DNA of 64,000 nt from contig NC_058368.1 of NCBI RefSeq assembly GCF_018350175.1, positions 8,990,001 to 9,054,000 on the forward strand. The letters run 5' to 3'. The translations under genes were made by a program, and so were the position numbers. Of this stretch, positions 12,225 to 23,175 are shown one piece after another. The notes below the pieces were generated by a model. That model saw only the letters and a program-made list of their open reading frames with translations, ran no database searches and was not told the origin of the DNA. Numbering within the stretch: the first letter of the stretch is position 1; the number at the start of each line of letters is the position of its first letter. The stretch comes from Felis catus. Its lineage: Eukaryota.

Positions 12225-13690
12225 GTAGAACGGAAAAGAGATCCCGGAAATAGATCCACAAAACAGTCAACTGATCTTTGACAAAGAGGCAAACGCAATC
12301 CAATGGAGAGAGGATAGTCTCTCCAACGAATGGTACTGAACAACTGGACAGCCGCATGCAAAAAACAACAACAACAACAACAATCTAGACACAGACCTTA
12401 CACCTTTCACAAAAGTTAACTCAAGATAAATCATAGACCTAAGTGTAAAATGCAAAACGGTAAAACTGCTAGAACATAACAGAGGAAACAATCTAAGTGA
12501 TCTTTAGGTTCAGTGATGACTTTTTAGGTACAATGCCAAAAGCGTAATTCACAAAAGAAAAAATCGGGAAGTTGGACTTCATTAAAATTAAAACCCTCTG
12601 CTCTGTAAAAGCCACTGTTAAGAGAATGAAGAGACAAGCCATGGACTGGGAGAAAATCTTTGCAAAACACATACCTGATAAAGTACTGGCCTTAAGAACT
12701 CTTAAACTCTTAAATGAACTCTTAAAACTCTTAAAACTCAACAATGAGAAAACAACCCAATTTTAAAAATGGGCAAAAGATCTGAACAGACACCTCACTG
12801 AAGAAGATATACAGATGGCAAATAAGCATATGAAAAGATACTTAACATTATACGTTGTTGGGAACTGCAAATTAAAACAACAATGAGATACCACGGTGCA
12901 TTCATTGACTAGGAAAAACCCCAAATGCCAAACCACCAAATGCTGGCAAGGGACAACTGAAATAGCTACTTTGGAAGACACTTTGGCAATTTCTCACAAA
13001 ACTACACATAGCCCTGTCACACAGGCCAGTAATTGCATTCCTTGGTATTTACCCAAGTGAGTTGTGTCTACACAAAAACCTACATATGAATGTTTATAGC
13101 AGCTTTATTCGTAATTGCTAAAACTTGGAAGCACCCAAGATGCCCTTCAATAAGTGACTGGATAAACTGTGGTACATCCAGTCAATGGAATACTACTTCT
13201 TGACAAAAAGAAATGAGCTAGCAAGGCATTAAAGGACAAGGAGGAACATTAAAGGTATATTGCTAAGTAAAAGAAGCCAGTTTGAAAAGCAACATGCTGT
13301 ATGATTCCAACTTCTGGAAAAAGCAAAATTATGGTGACAATAATAAGATCATTAGTTGCCAAGGGCTTGTGGGGGGAAGAGGGGAGAGGGGTGAATAGAT
13401 GAAGCACAGGGTATTTTAGGGCAGTGAAACTACTTTAAAGGCTACTGTAGTTGTGGATACATGTTATTATACATTTGTCAAAATCCCTAGAATGTACAAC
13501 ACAAAGGGTAAACCTTAACATAAACTATGAAATTTAGCTAATAATAAGAGTTCAAATATTGGCCCATCAACTATAGCAAAAGTCCCACACTAATTCAAGA
13601 TGTTAATAATAAAAAACTGAATGGGGGGTAAGGGAGTATATGGGAATTCTCCATATATTCCCCTCAGATTTTTGTAAACCTGAAACTGTA
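12225..13690 (+). mobile_element. L1MC-like LINE-1, ORF2 3' end plus 3' UTR, 5'-truncated
   Basis: ORF2-like peptide DFIKIKTLCS.K.TVKRMKRQA.DWEKIFA; L1MC-type 3' UTR. Confidence 0.88.
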
Positions 13691-13822
13691 GTATATATAG
13701 AAATACTGTACATAGTGTGTGTATATAAAAGTAAATTTATATAAATACCATGTATTATATACAGTATGATACTATGTAGTATAGTTATATATATTACTTA
13801 TTATACATATAATTAGACTCTA

Positions 13823-14203
13823 CCATTGACCCTTGAACAAAATAGGGGTTGGGGCACCAAACTCCCTCCTCCTCCACCCACTGTACCCCCACACAGTCTA
13901 AGATATGTGTATAACTTTTGCCTCCCCCAAAAACTTAACTACTTATAGCCTACTATTGACTAGAAGTCTTACCTATAGCATCAACAGTCAATTAACATAT
14001 ATTTTGTATGCCCTATTTTCTCTTACAGTAAAGTAAGCTAGAGACCTGACTATTGGTTAGCTGACACTTAAAATAAAGTAAGCTAGATAAAAATGTTAGG
14101 AAGAAAATCATAAGGAAGAGGAAATACATTTTATGGGTACTGTAAAATATCCATTATGTGTGGACCTGCACTATTCAAACCTGCGTTGTTGAAGGATCAA
14201 CTG
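13823..14203 (+). mobile_element. Tigger2a-like non-autonomous DNA transposon
   Basis: TIRs CCATTGACCCTTGAACAA / TTGTTGAAGGATCAACTG, TA on both flanks. Confidence 0.85.
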
Positions 14204-14236
14204 TATATTATGTACGTTTATATAAAATATAATTAA

Positions 14237-14237
14237 G

Positions 14238-14275
<38 letters not shown>

Positions 14276-14296
14276 CAGATAGATAGACAGACAGAC
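14237..14296. repeat. (GATA)n/(GACA)n microsatellite
   Basis: Direct reading. Confidence 0.95.
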
Positions 14297-14404
14297 TATA
14301 TGTAAAGCACCTGGTATAGGTCTACACATAGAAAGTATTCAGTTAATAATTATTATTAAGCAGATCAAGGAAACAGAGCCCGTTCGTTTTCTAGTGTTTC
14401 AAGA

Positions 14405-14645
14405 CTGTGTAATGGACAGGTTAAGCACGTGGGCTCGGCAGTCAGAGAACATGGCTTCGAATCCTGGCTGTGCAACTGCTAAGTTACATATACTTAGGCA
14501 AATTAGTTCCTTTTCTCCCAGTTCCGCCTTCCTCATTTCTAAAATAAGGATTATGGTTCTGGTAATGAATAAACGATGATATGCACGCAAAGCATTTAGC
14601 AGCACAGCCGGCCCATAACGAATGCCCAGAGAACATCGCTATTCA
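14405..14645 (+). mobile_element. MIR
   Basis: TTCGAATCCTGGCT..TTCCTCATTTCTAAAAT..AAAGCATTTAGC. Confidence 0.75.
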
Positions 14646-15029
14646 CTTCAACAACTAGACTGATTTGTGGGGTCAGGCAAAATACTAAATTGAAGCGTTT
14701 CATCTTCTATAATAAAGGACTATTCTTACAACCAGACACTTTGCAGGAAAAGGCTGTCAGCTGGCCCTTCAAGAACTGAGGGGTAAACTGTCACCGCCCT
14801 GGTTCCCTGGGGGCCCGGTGGGGAGGGAAAGGACACAGTTATTGCTGCATTCTTCAGAGGACTTCTACTGTTACCTGGCCAGCTCCTTTCTGTACTTCTG
14901 GAACCAGCATTATCTCCTTTTCTGGGAGATTCTGCTCTTGTCCCTCCCAACCTCCCCTGCTACTGTGTCTTCAACAGGCACTACCATCTCACGGGGTTCA
15001 CCTCTGTCAGCACAGAAATGTTGTTGGGG

Positions 15030-15424
15030 TTGGGAGGCCCCTGATCCCAGCCGATCAATTCCTCCCTGGCTACAGTGACGACTCATAGCGTGGGGGACAG
15101 ATGACATGAATTGAGATCACCTTAGAAGCCGTCCCAAGCCCTTGAGGAATTAGAAGAGAAGTCAAGTCTCTTTCCTCCTTGTCAGCAGAGCTAGACAGGG
15201 GTCAGCCAGGTGCCACCAGCAGCCACAGCAGCTGTGTGGAATTAGCTGGTCTGAGATGATGAAGTGGACACAGAGAAGTCTAAGGTGAGGGACGAAGTGA
15301 GTGCTAATAGTCCCCGTCCCAGTGCTCACTGGGGCGGCCCATCTGGGTAGAGATGCTCCTTTTTGCCAAAGCCATTTGTGTTGGGTCTCTGTCACTTATA
15401 TGCAAAAGATTCCCAATTAATACA
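15030..15424 (+). mobile_element. Old MaLR LTR (MLT1K/L-like)
   Basis: 3' end AAGCCATTTG.GTTGGG..TCTGTCACTT..AAAAGA..CCAATTAATACA. Confidence 0.55.
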
Positions 15425-16857
15425 GCTTTCCTATCCCCGGGGCTTTCTATCCTGGGCCACATGGGAAGAATTTAGAGACACCTTGGCAAAATATTGCCTC
15501 TCCAGAAAAGACAGAGACATGCCTGACGCCCATTAGCATGGAAAAGTCCGGCCTTTGGACTTAGAGGATCTGACTGCTGGTTAGCTGACAGAGAATGAAA
15601 TCAGAACTCTGCCAAATTTTCAGGAGACCTTTGAAACCGGCTATATGCACCACTGTGTTATGGTAGAAAGTGCTTCTGTTCCACCACAAACACAGTGTGC
15701 CTACCCTCAAGCAGACGCGTTGTCTTTCGCACAACGTACATCTTTGTAAGAATATGCAGCTGTAAGAAAATGGTGAGAGATGCCACACAGGTTTATGCCC
15801 ATGTATATTTATCACGGGGTTATTGGCAATAGCAAAAGAAGAAAGTGCACAGAGGTCCAAATACAAATAATTGGTTAAATACACCCTGTTCCGTTCATAA
15901 AATGAAACAGACTATTAAGCTGCCATTAAGTATCATGTTTTCAAATGGTAGTTAATGGTGTGGGAAGTACTCAGATTATGAGAATGGGATAGAATGTTTT
16001 TGTCTGAAAAACTGTATATACGCACACATACACCTATATTCACATATGTAAACATGTTATACATGCATATCATAGATAATCAAGATGGAAACATAAAAAT
16101 GTGGTCCCTAAGAGTTTTAATTGTTTTGTATACTTACTTATCTCAATATTCCACGTCGAAAATTTATAAGAAAGTCAATAGCTGTTATTAAAAATCAGAA
16201 CTGTAGCCCAGACATAAGATTCTGCCCACAGCCCCATTTTCACCCCCAAATCTAGATAGTCAAAGAACACACACGCCTTCATTCTCAGCTCTCACTGATC
16301 TTTGTGGTTTGTCTAGAAACCAGCGCCGGCCTGCCATTCAGCTATTGACAAGCGTTGCAGGCATTTAGTGCCGGGGAACCAGGGAACCAGGGCAGGAGCT
16401 CTGAGACATTGATGATGACTTGTCTTCTCCATACATATTTAAAATAAAAATATTGAAATAAATTTGAGGAAGTCTAACCATTTCCATTTTTCCCCCCTTC
16501 AATTTTTTTTTTTTTAACATCACATTTTTTTTCAAACGAAAACCTTTTGGAGCCCCTGTTTAACCAGAGCCCTAGGCTTGGGCTCGCTTTGCCGGGCCAG
16601 CCCTCCAGTACTGACGTAAGCTCTAATCTGAGCCCTGGCGAGGTCACCACTGAGAGAGGAATCTTCCTCACTCACCTTCCCAGTTTAAATTTGTTTCAAA
16701 TGTGGAGGCCAATGGTATATATTTCCTATCGCGTTTCCAAAGTGTTTGGAAGTTTTTTTGTGCTCCATGAAAAAGCTTTTAACTGATCTTCCATACTTTT
16801 GCTGTGTCCTTTAACATACAAATGCTATATCCTTTGACATCTAAACTTGGGAAACAC

Positions 16858-17084
16858 GGGGCGCATGGGTGGCGCAGTCGGTTGAGCGTCCGACTTCAGC
16901 CAGGTCACGATCTCGTGGTCCGTGAGTTTGAGCCCCGCGTCAGGCTCTGGGCTGATGGCTCGGAGCCTGGAGCCTGTTTCCGATTCTGTGTCTCCCTCTC
17001 TCTCTGCCCCTCCCCCGTTCATGCTCTGTCTCTCTCTGTCCCAAAAATAAATAAAAACATTGAAAAAAAAAATTAAAAAAAAAA
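16858..17084 (+). mobile_element. Young SINEC_Fc
   Basis: CpG-rich; perfect 16-bp TSD TAAACTTGGGAAACAC. Confidence 0.97.
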
Positions 17085-17123
17085 TAAACTTGGGAAACAC
17101 ATGAGGACATTCTGGATTATACA

Positions 17124-17395
17124 GTGTTATGGACAAATTGTGCCCCCCTAAAATTCTTGAGTTGAAGCCCTAAACTACAAATCCTCAAAATTTGGATTGT
17201 GGCCCGTATTTGGAGATGGGCCTTTAAGGAGGCGATTAAATTAAATGAGGTCCTAATCCAATATGACTGGTATATTTATAAGAAAAGGAGATTAGAGAAT
17301 ACGGAGAGACACCAGGGAAGCATGAGCCCAGAGGAGGGGCCATTTAAGGACACAGTGAGAAGACGGCCATCTACAAGCTTCAAAAGAAACTAAAC
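17124..17395 (+). mobile_element. MLT1A-type LTR, 5' part
   Basis: TGTTATGG..TGTGCCCCC..GTTGAAGCCCTAA..GTATTTGGAGATGGGCCTTTAAGGAGG..CCTAATCCAATATGACTGGT. Confidence 0.85.
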
Positions 17396-18173
17396 TTGGA
17401 CCCAAGTCACATGTCGGCCAAAGATGGCTGCACTCAGGCTAGTCAAGCAAAGGTTGGAGTGAGCCCCAGCGTGGCCGAGGAAGCCCACTGGAGGCACCGG
17501 CTGTTGTGAGGAGAATATAAGGCCCCAGATGGAAAATCATGAACCAGATGATACTGTCAAGGAAAACTTAATTTTCTATATCATAACCAGAAAAATTAAC
17601 CAACTCCCAGAAGCAGAAAGGAATCTACTTGAACATGGAAGAACGTATATTGGACACAATGCTGCTTCCTGTGGTCAAATAGCAAATAGTTTTTTGACAC
17701 CTCTTAAGTGTGACACAGGCTCCTGTAGCTGCTGGCTTACCCGTGGCAGCGATCCCATTTTTGACTGCACACACAGCTGATGGAGGCTCTGTAAGTCTAC
17801 CTTTGAGTACAGGGGACTTGAGCTGTGAAGCTTGTACCACAACACAGGGTGATTGGTTGGTCTTGTTTTTGGCGGTCTGTACTCTATTTTCTTGGCTATA
17901 CCTGTGAATGGACGCCTAGCGGCCAGGTAGGAATCAGCCCTGACACCAGAGACAGGAAACAACTTACTAGATTAGAATTTCTAAGCCTGGCTTTAGAAAG
18001 GTGTTATTTCCCATTTTGCTCCAGACTTCGTTTGCAGCAGACCCTGGGTCTAGATGATACAAGCGAAGTATAAAGCCTCTTCAGTTACCTGGCCCTGGCT
18101 TAGAGATTCAGTGACTGTTAAATAAACGTGTACATGAAAATAAAATTGTAATGTATGGGGAAAAAAAAAAAAA
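17396..18173 (+). pseudogene. TMEM126A: Processed pseudogene (retrocopy) of transmembrane protein 126A; former CDS about 17529-18114
   Basis: Translates MENH...RKINQLPEAERNLLE..G..Y.G.NAA.CG.IANS, then in shifted frames AAGLP.A.IPFLT, PLSTGDL.CE.C, GGLY..FLAIPVNG.LAAR and IR.SKP.FRK.LFPILLQT, ending ALQL..PG.EIQ*, matching recalled TMEM126A. Intronless; frameshifts near 17690, 17850 and 17960; in-frame TAG stops; AATAAA at 18121 and 18139; poly(A) 18161-18173; degenerate TSD AAAAGAAACTAAAC (17382-17395) / AAAAAAGACTAAAC (18441-18454). Confidence 0.93.
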
Positions 18174-18178
18174 GAACA

Positions 18179-18373
18179 GGGGCACCTGGGTGGCTCAGAC
18201 TGTTGAGTGTCCAACTGCAGCTCAGGTCATGATCTCGCGGTCTGTGAGTTCGAGCCCCACGTCGGGCTCAGAGCCTAGAACCTGCTTCGGATTCTGTGTG
18301 TGTGCCTCTCTCTCTTCCCCTCCCCCACTCATGCTCTCTCTCTCTCTTTCTCAAATAAATAAATAAATGTTGA

Positions 18374-18432
<59 letters not shown>

Positions 18433-18440
18433 GAAGGAAG
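18179..18440 (+). mobile_element. Can-SINE with (GAAA)n tail, inserted in the retrocopy poly(A)
   Basis: Typical structure, lies inside the retrocopy TSDs. Confidence 0.93.
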
Positions 18441-18454
18441 AAAAAAGACTAAAC

Positions 18455-18556
18455 CCTCTGGACTCTCAGGCTCCAGAACTGTGAGAGAAAAAATCTCTGC
18501 TGTTTAAGCCACCCAGCCCATGGTATTTAATTATGGAAGCCCTAGAAAATTAGTAT
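18455..18556 (+). mobile_element. MLT1A-type LTR, 3' part
   Basis: CTCCAGAACTGTGAGA..CTGTTTAAGCCACCCAG..ATGGTATTT. Confidence 0.85.
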
Positions 18557-18576
18557 ATGGTGGAAATCATATTTTA

Positions 18577-18806
18577 TTTTTATTTTTTTTAAGTTTGTTT
18601 ATTTTGAGAGAGGGAGAGAAAAAGAGAGAGAGAGAGAGAGTGTTGGGGGGGTGCAGAAAGAGAGGGAGAGAGAGAGAGTCCCAAGCAGGCTCTGCACCGT
18701 CAGCACAGAGCCCAATGTAGGGCTCAATCTTACAAACCGCGAGATCATGACCAGAGCTGAAATCAAGAGTCAAACGCTTAGCCGACTGAGCCGCCCAGGC
18801 TCCCCA
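18577..18806 (-). mobile_element. Can-SINE
   Basis: TSD GTGGAAATCATATTTTA. Confidence 0.95.
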
Positions 18807-20481
18807 GTGGAAATCATATTTTAAATGGAGACTGACTGTCAGAGCTGAAAAACACAAGACCTAAGCTCCACCAGAGCACACATCTGGTTTTACAGCAACA
18901 GGGCGACACCCTAGAGTCCCTGTGGTCCTGGGACCACATAGAGGCAGAGCCAGGGCCCCTGAGGGCTCTTCTCCACCTAAGACCGATGTCTCCATTTGCT
19001 CACTGGTCAATTCATTGCTAGTAAAGTGTTTCCCACAACTGCTCTCTCCCACTTGGCTCCTGAGCCCAGTGGGGACGACAGGTAAACCTTCAAGGTTCTC
19101 CCCGTCCTCCTTGTCTATATAACTTGCAGTCTCATAGCTGTGCTGCCCACACGAGCAGTCCATTTTCTCTCAGCGGATGTGAGCACTATGCTATGAGCTT
19201 CAGAAAACTGTGACTCCGTTGCCAGTCAACTTGTGACTCTGATCAAGTTCTTTCGTGTCTCAGGGTTCCCTTAAATGAGGGCAACACTGTCTACCCTTGA
19301 CTGATATTGTGAGGACTGAATGAGATGATGTGGCAAAGGCAGGCGATGGTCCACAGACACTAGCTCACCCCTACCCAGTGTCCTTTCCTCTATCCTCCTA
19401 CTCTTCCTTCCTCTTGCCTTCTGACCTGAAGAAAAGGAATCAAAAAAAGGTCACGCACCCTCGTACCCAGATTTCTGACTCTCTTCCACTGCTCTTTCCA
19501 TCTGTCTACTCAAGCAGCGAAGGTCTCCCTATAGATCTTAGGGTTCTGCATGGCACCTGAGGGCAGTTCACCAGATCATCACTGTTTGTGAGGCTTAGCT
19601 AGTTTCTGCAGGAATTTGATCTGGCAGAAGCCATCTCTTTCTCTGGATTTCTAGGAAGGCATGCCATCGGGTGATAGGCCAGCTTCAGCCAAGCCTAGCA
19701 CAGTGTGCTTCTTGCACTCTGGAAATGTTTATTGCTGATAAAGCTTCTTGCCGCATTAAGATACAAAATTACGAGATCTCAAACACCCCAGAAGTCTCTA
19801 CTTGATAAAGCAAAAGTAGAACTTTATGTGAAGACATTTTAAGCTTCTAAATAGCCTGCCCATAACCCTAGCCATCCCATTCCAGGCTTAAGCTACTCTC
19901 ACCTCACAATCTTGGAATTAGGTCTCTATGTTTGCATCTCACACTGAACATTCCATCTAGGAGAGTGGGCTATCAAGGTAACAAACCCAGTGTAGTGGGT
20001 GGTAGAGACAGAGTTACTTGGGGGACTTTCAGTAGGTAATTGTCCTCTCTAGAACTTAGTTCCCTCCTCTTAAAAAAAAAAAAAAATAGGAAAGCTAATG
20101 AGCTGCTGTAAGAGTTGAGATAAAGCCTAAAAAGCCCCTATGCAGTGCCTAGTACACAATAATAATGACTCCATAAAGGCTACCCATCATTGTTACTACT
20201 ATCATTAATATTTTTCACCTAACACATGCTTCACTGATAAAAGGAAGTACAAATGGAATACCTTGATTAGTCCCTGGTTATTTTATTCTCTGACCACTAA
20301 GAGGCTTAAGTGGAGAAAAAAAAGCCACAGGGGCAGTAGTATTTATAAAGGCCTTTTCCATATGAACCAGTGGTGTATCCCCAAGTCGACAAGCTGAAAG
20401 GAGTCGCCAACACGACCATCTGCAGAATTGTTATAATTCACAGCATGGGTAGCTCTGGGGCAGCTGAGGATGTTAACTGGA

Positions 20482-20699
20482 CCAGGGTTCCTCGCTCTCT
20501 CCACTGTTGACATTTGGGGCCAGATAATTCTCTGTCGCCTTGCACATTGTATCGTACAAAAGTCAGCAGGATCCCTGGCCTCTACCCACTAGATGCCAAT
20601 CGCACCCTCCCACAACCCAAAATGTTTCCAGACATTGCCAAATGGCCTCTGGAAGGCAAAATCACCGCCCCCCAACCCTCCCGGCTTTGAGAGCCACTG
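20482..20699 (+). mobile_element. MER20 (hAT-Charlie MITE)
   Basis: GACATTTGGGGCCAGATAATTCT..CCCTGGCCTCTACCCACTAGATGCCA..CCAGACATTGCCAAATG. Confidence 0.85.
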
Positions 20700-20779
20700 G
20701 CATAGAGGAACTCTGATGGTCTTTCACAGGGTGGTGAATATGGTCTCTTGGTGGAAAGAGAATACATGATTGCAACAAG

Positions 20780-20900
20780 CAGGGCTGAGATTCAGCTGGC
20801 TGGTACCAGTTCAACCGAACCACTGTTTATAGTCCAATCCTTATTGACTGATTGGTGTTTGTGCCATACTGGTTAGCAAACATGCTTAATATAATTCCTA
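20780..20900. mobile_element. Short hAT-type MITE (MamRep1894-like)
   Basis: CAGGGCTGAGATTCAGC end, internal CTGATTGGT..GTGCCATACTGGTT..AATAT. Confidence 0.4.
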
Positions 20901-20948
20901 CATTGTAGTGAACCTTAGGTTGAGGTTTCTCTAAAGGAGTAAAGGTTA

Positions 20949-21188
20949 GGGGCACCTGGGTGGCTCAGTCGGTTAAGCCTCTGATTTCGGCTCGGGTCAT
21001 GGTCTCCCGGTTCGTGGGTTCGAGCCCCACATCGGGCTCCGTGCTGACAGCTCAGAGCCTGGAGCCTGCTTCAGATTCTGCGTCTCCCTCTCCCTCTGGC
21101 CCTTCCCTGCTTGTGCTCTCTCTCTCTCTGTCTCTCTCTCTCTCTCTCTCTCAAAATAAATAAACATTAAAAAATTTAAAAAAAAAGA
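20949..21188 (+). mobile_element. Can-SINE
   Basis: Typical structure, degenerate TSD. Confidence 0.95.
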
Positions 21189-22189
21189 AGTAAAAGTTAA
21201 CGGAGATCCTAGCTGTTCATGTACTGAAGACAAAGTTCATTCAAAGAGCATCGTGGTGGCTAAAAGTCCTCAGATGGTTGTTATTCTACCTCAAAGCCTT
21301 CCAACAATGCCTCAATATGGTCTTTTCACTCATTGCTGTCTTCTTCCTCATCTTTCCCAACCACAGAATGCCACAGAATGGCATTTCAGACTCCTTGATG
21401 TTAATGATGACCACAGACTGCTTACCTGGTTCTGGAGTTTTGCAGAGCAGGTGTTAAGAGATGACTGTCCTCCAAATGTCTCTGGAAACAGAGATATACC
21501 ATTTCTGATGATATATCCTTACGCTCTAGGGTGACGCATGCATACCATGTTTCTCTACAGGATGGTTTCAGACTTTGGGTCCCAGAGAGCTTGCAGTGGA
21601 GATGGTGACCCTGCTATAAAATGAAAGACGTCCGGAAATGTTGCCACTGGTTTTGACCTATGTCCAGACACTTCTCCAATGTGGGGCAAGGGAGAGGGGG
21701 AACACAGGGAACGGCAGTACTAATGAATTCAGGACCAAGGGGAAGATAAAAGATCAATTAGGTTGAGGGACTCCCCGAGACCAGCCCATTTGCCAAATAA
21801 AATCACACAATTGCCACAGGCAACCACACGATTGCTGCAATGCTGTTAAAACCATTGGAATAATGGGTTACCCATGTGAGCCTTCCCAAAAAGACCAGTT
21901 TAGACAGAGGCATGGTTTTTGGTAAGAGCGCTGGACCACGGTTCTGGATGTGAGTAGGGGATTCAATGTCATTTATCATCCAGCCCCTTTGTCACTGAAC
22001 AGGCTTATCAGTCTCTAGAAACAAAGCTCTAAAAGAATGTTAAAGGGAGTGGAGAAACAGGGGTAGTAAAGTCCCCAATTCGCTCACGTCTACCACCAAG
22101 TCCGCTTCTCAGAGGCGCTTCTGGGTCTGTCCACCTGCGCTTCCCCACCTGGGACAGCTCCCCTCCCGGCCCACCTACCCAACACTCTA

Positions 22190-22370
22190 CTCATTTACTA
22201 CCTGCCGGGCTTGGAGGGCGTTACTTAACTTCTCTGTGCCTCGATTTCATTTCCCCTGAAATGGGAGAATAATCATTCCTGCTTCAGCATGTGGTGAATA
22301 TCAAATGAGAATACATGCGTGAAGAGCCTGGCACGTAGCAAGCCTGCAATAAATGTTACCTATTGTTATG
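22190..22370 (+). mobile_element. MIR
   Basis: TTACTTAACTTCTCTGTGCCTC..AAATGGGA..GCCTGGCACGTAG..AATAAATGTTA. Confidence 0.8.
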
Positions 22371-22489
22371 AGACTTGTTATTCATCCTTCACATGTCCAT
22401 ATCCTCCAATAAACCTTTTTTGATGCTCCTAATTAGGTACACATGTTATCTTCAGGGGCTGCCAAAAAGCGTTCACGAGTACACCTCAC

Positions 22490-22690
22490 GGGGGCACCTG
22501 GGCGGCCCAGTTGGTTGAGTGTCCAACTCTTGATTTCAGCTCAGGTTGTGATCCCAGGATAGTGGGATTGAGCCCCGCATCAGGCTGTGTGCTGGGCCTG
22601 GAGTCTATTTGGGACTCTCCCCACCCTCTCTCTGCCCCTGCCTGCTCGTACGCTCTCTCCTCTCTCCTTCTCAGAAAAAAAAAAAAAAAA
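22490..22690 (+). mobile_element. Can-SINE
   Basis: Typical structure. Confidence 0.92.
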
Positions 22691-22799
22691 GTATAGCTCA
22701 CAGATTCTTAGTGCAGCCTCAGGATGTACCCACAAACAAGACCTGCCATGAATAAAACCTCAAAATTCTGGGCACAATTATTGATACAGCGGTAGGCAT

Positions 22800-23175
22800 G
22801 AACCCAAAAAAATAAAAAACAAAAAAGGCTATCTGAATGATTGAGGAGATTGCTGTGAGGACTGGGAGAAAAGGAGATCTCTTTTTACGAGATCTCACGT
22901 ACTGAGGATGATGTTTTTCGGGAGTTAACCCGCCAGCAAGAGAGGCTGCCTGAGAATGAAGATGACGCAGAAGAAAAGCAAAGGTCAGAGGGAGATAGAG
23001 ATAGGAGAAGGAGGGCAATAGGCACAGAGAGACTGGGTTACATTTTTGGGACCCTGGATCCAGCCAAGCCTGAAGACATGTGCCCGGGGTTGTAAAAAGA
23101 CGTCAATAGCCTCTTTTTACCTCAACTAGCTTCAACGTGATTTCTCTCATTTGTTAAGAGTCTTGATTAACACTG
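22800..23175 (+). mobile_element. Old MaLR LTR (MLT1K-like)
   Basis: GCCTGAGAATGAAG..CCTGGATCCAGCC..CCTGAAG..AAGAGTCTTGATTAA. Confidence 0.55.

Noticed and set aside
17529..17780. 83-aa ORF as a functional TMEM126A gene
   Set aside because: Frameshifted after about 55 codons, with downstream frameshifts and stops; treated as a pseudogene.
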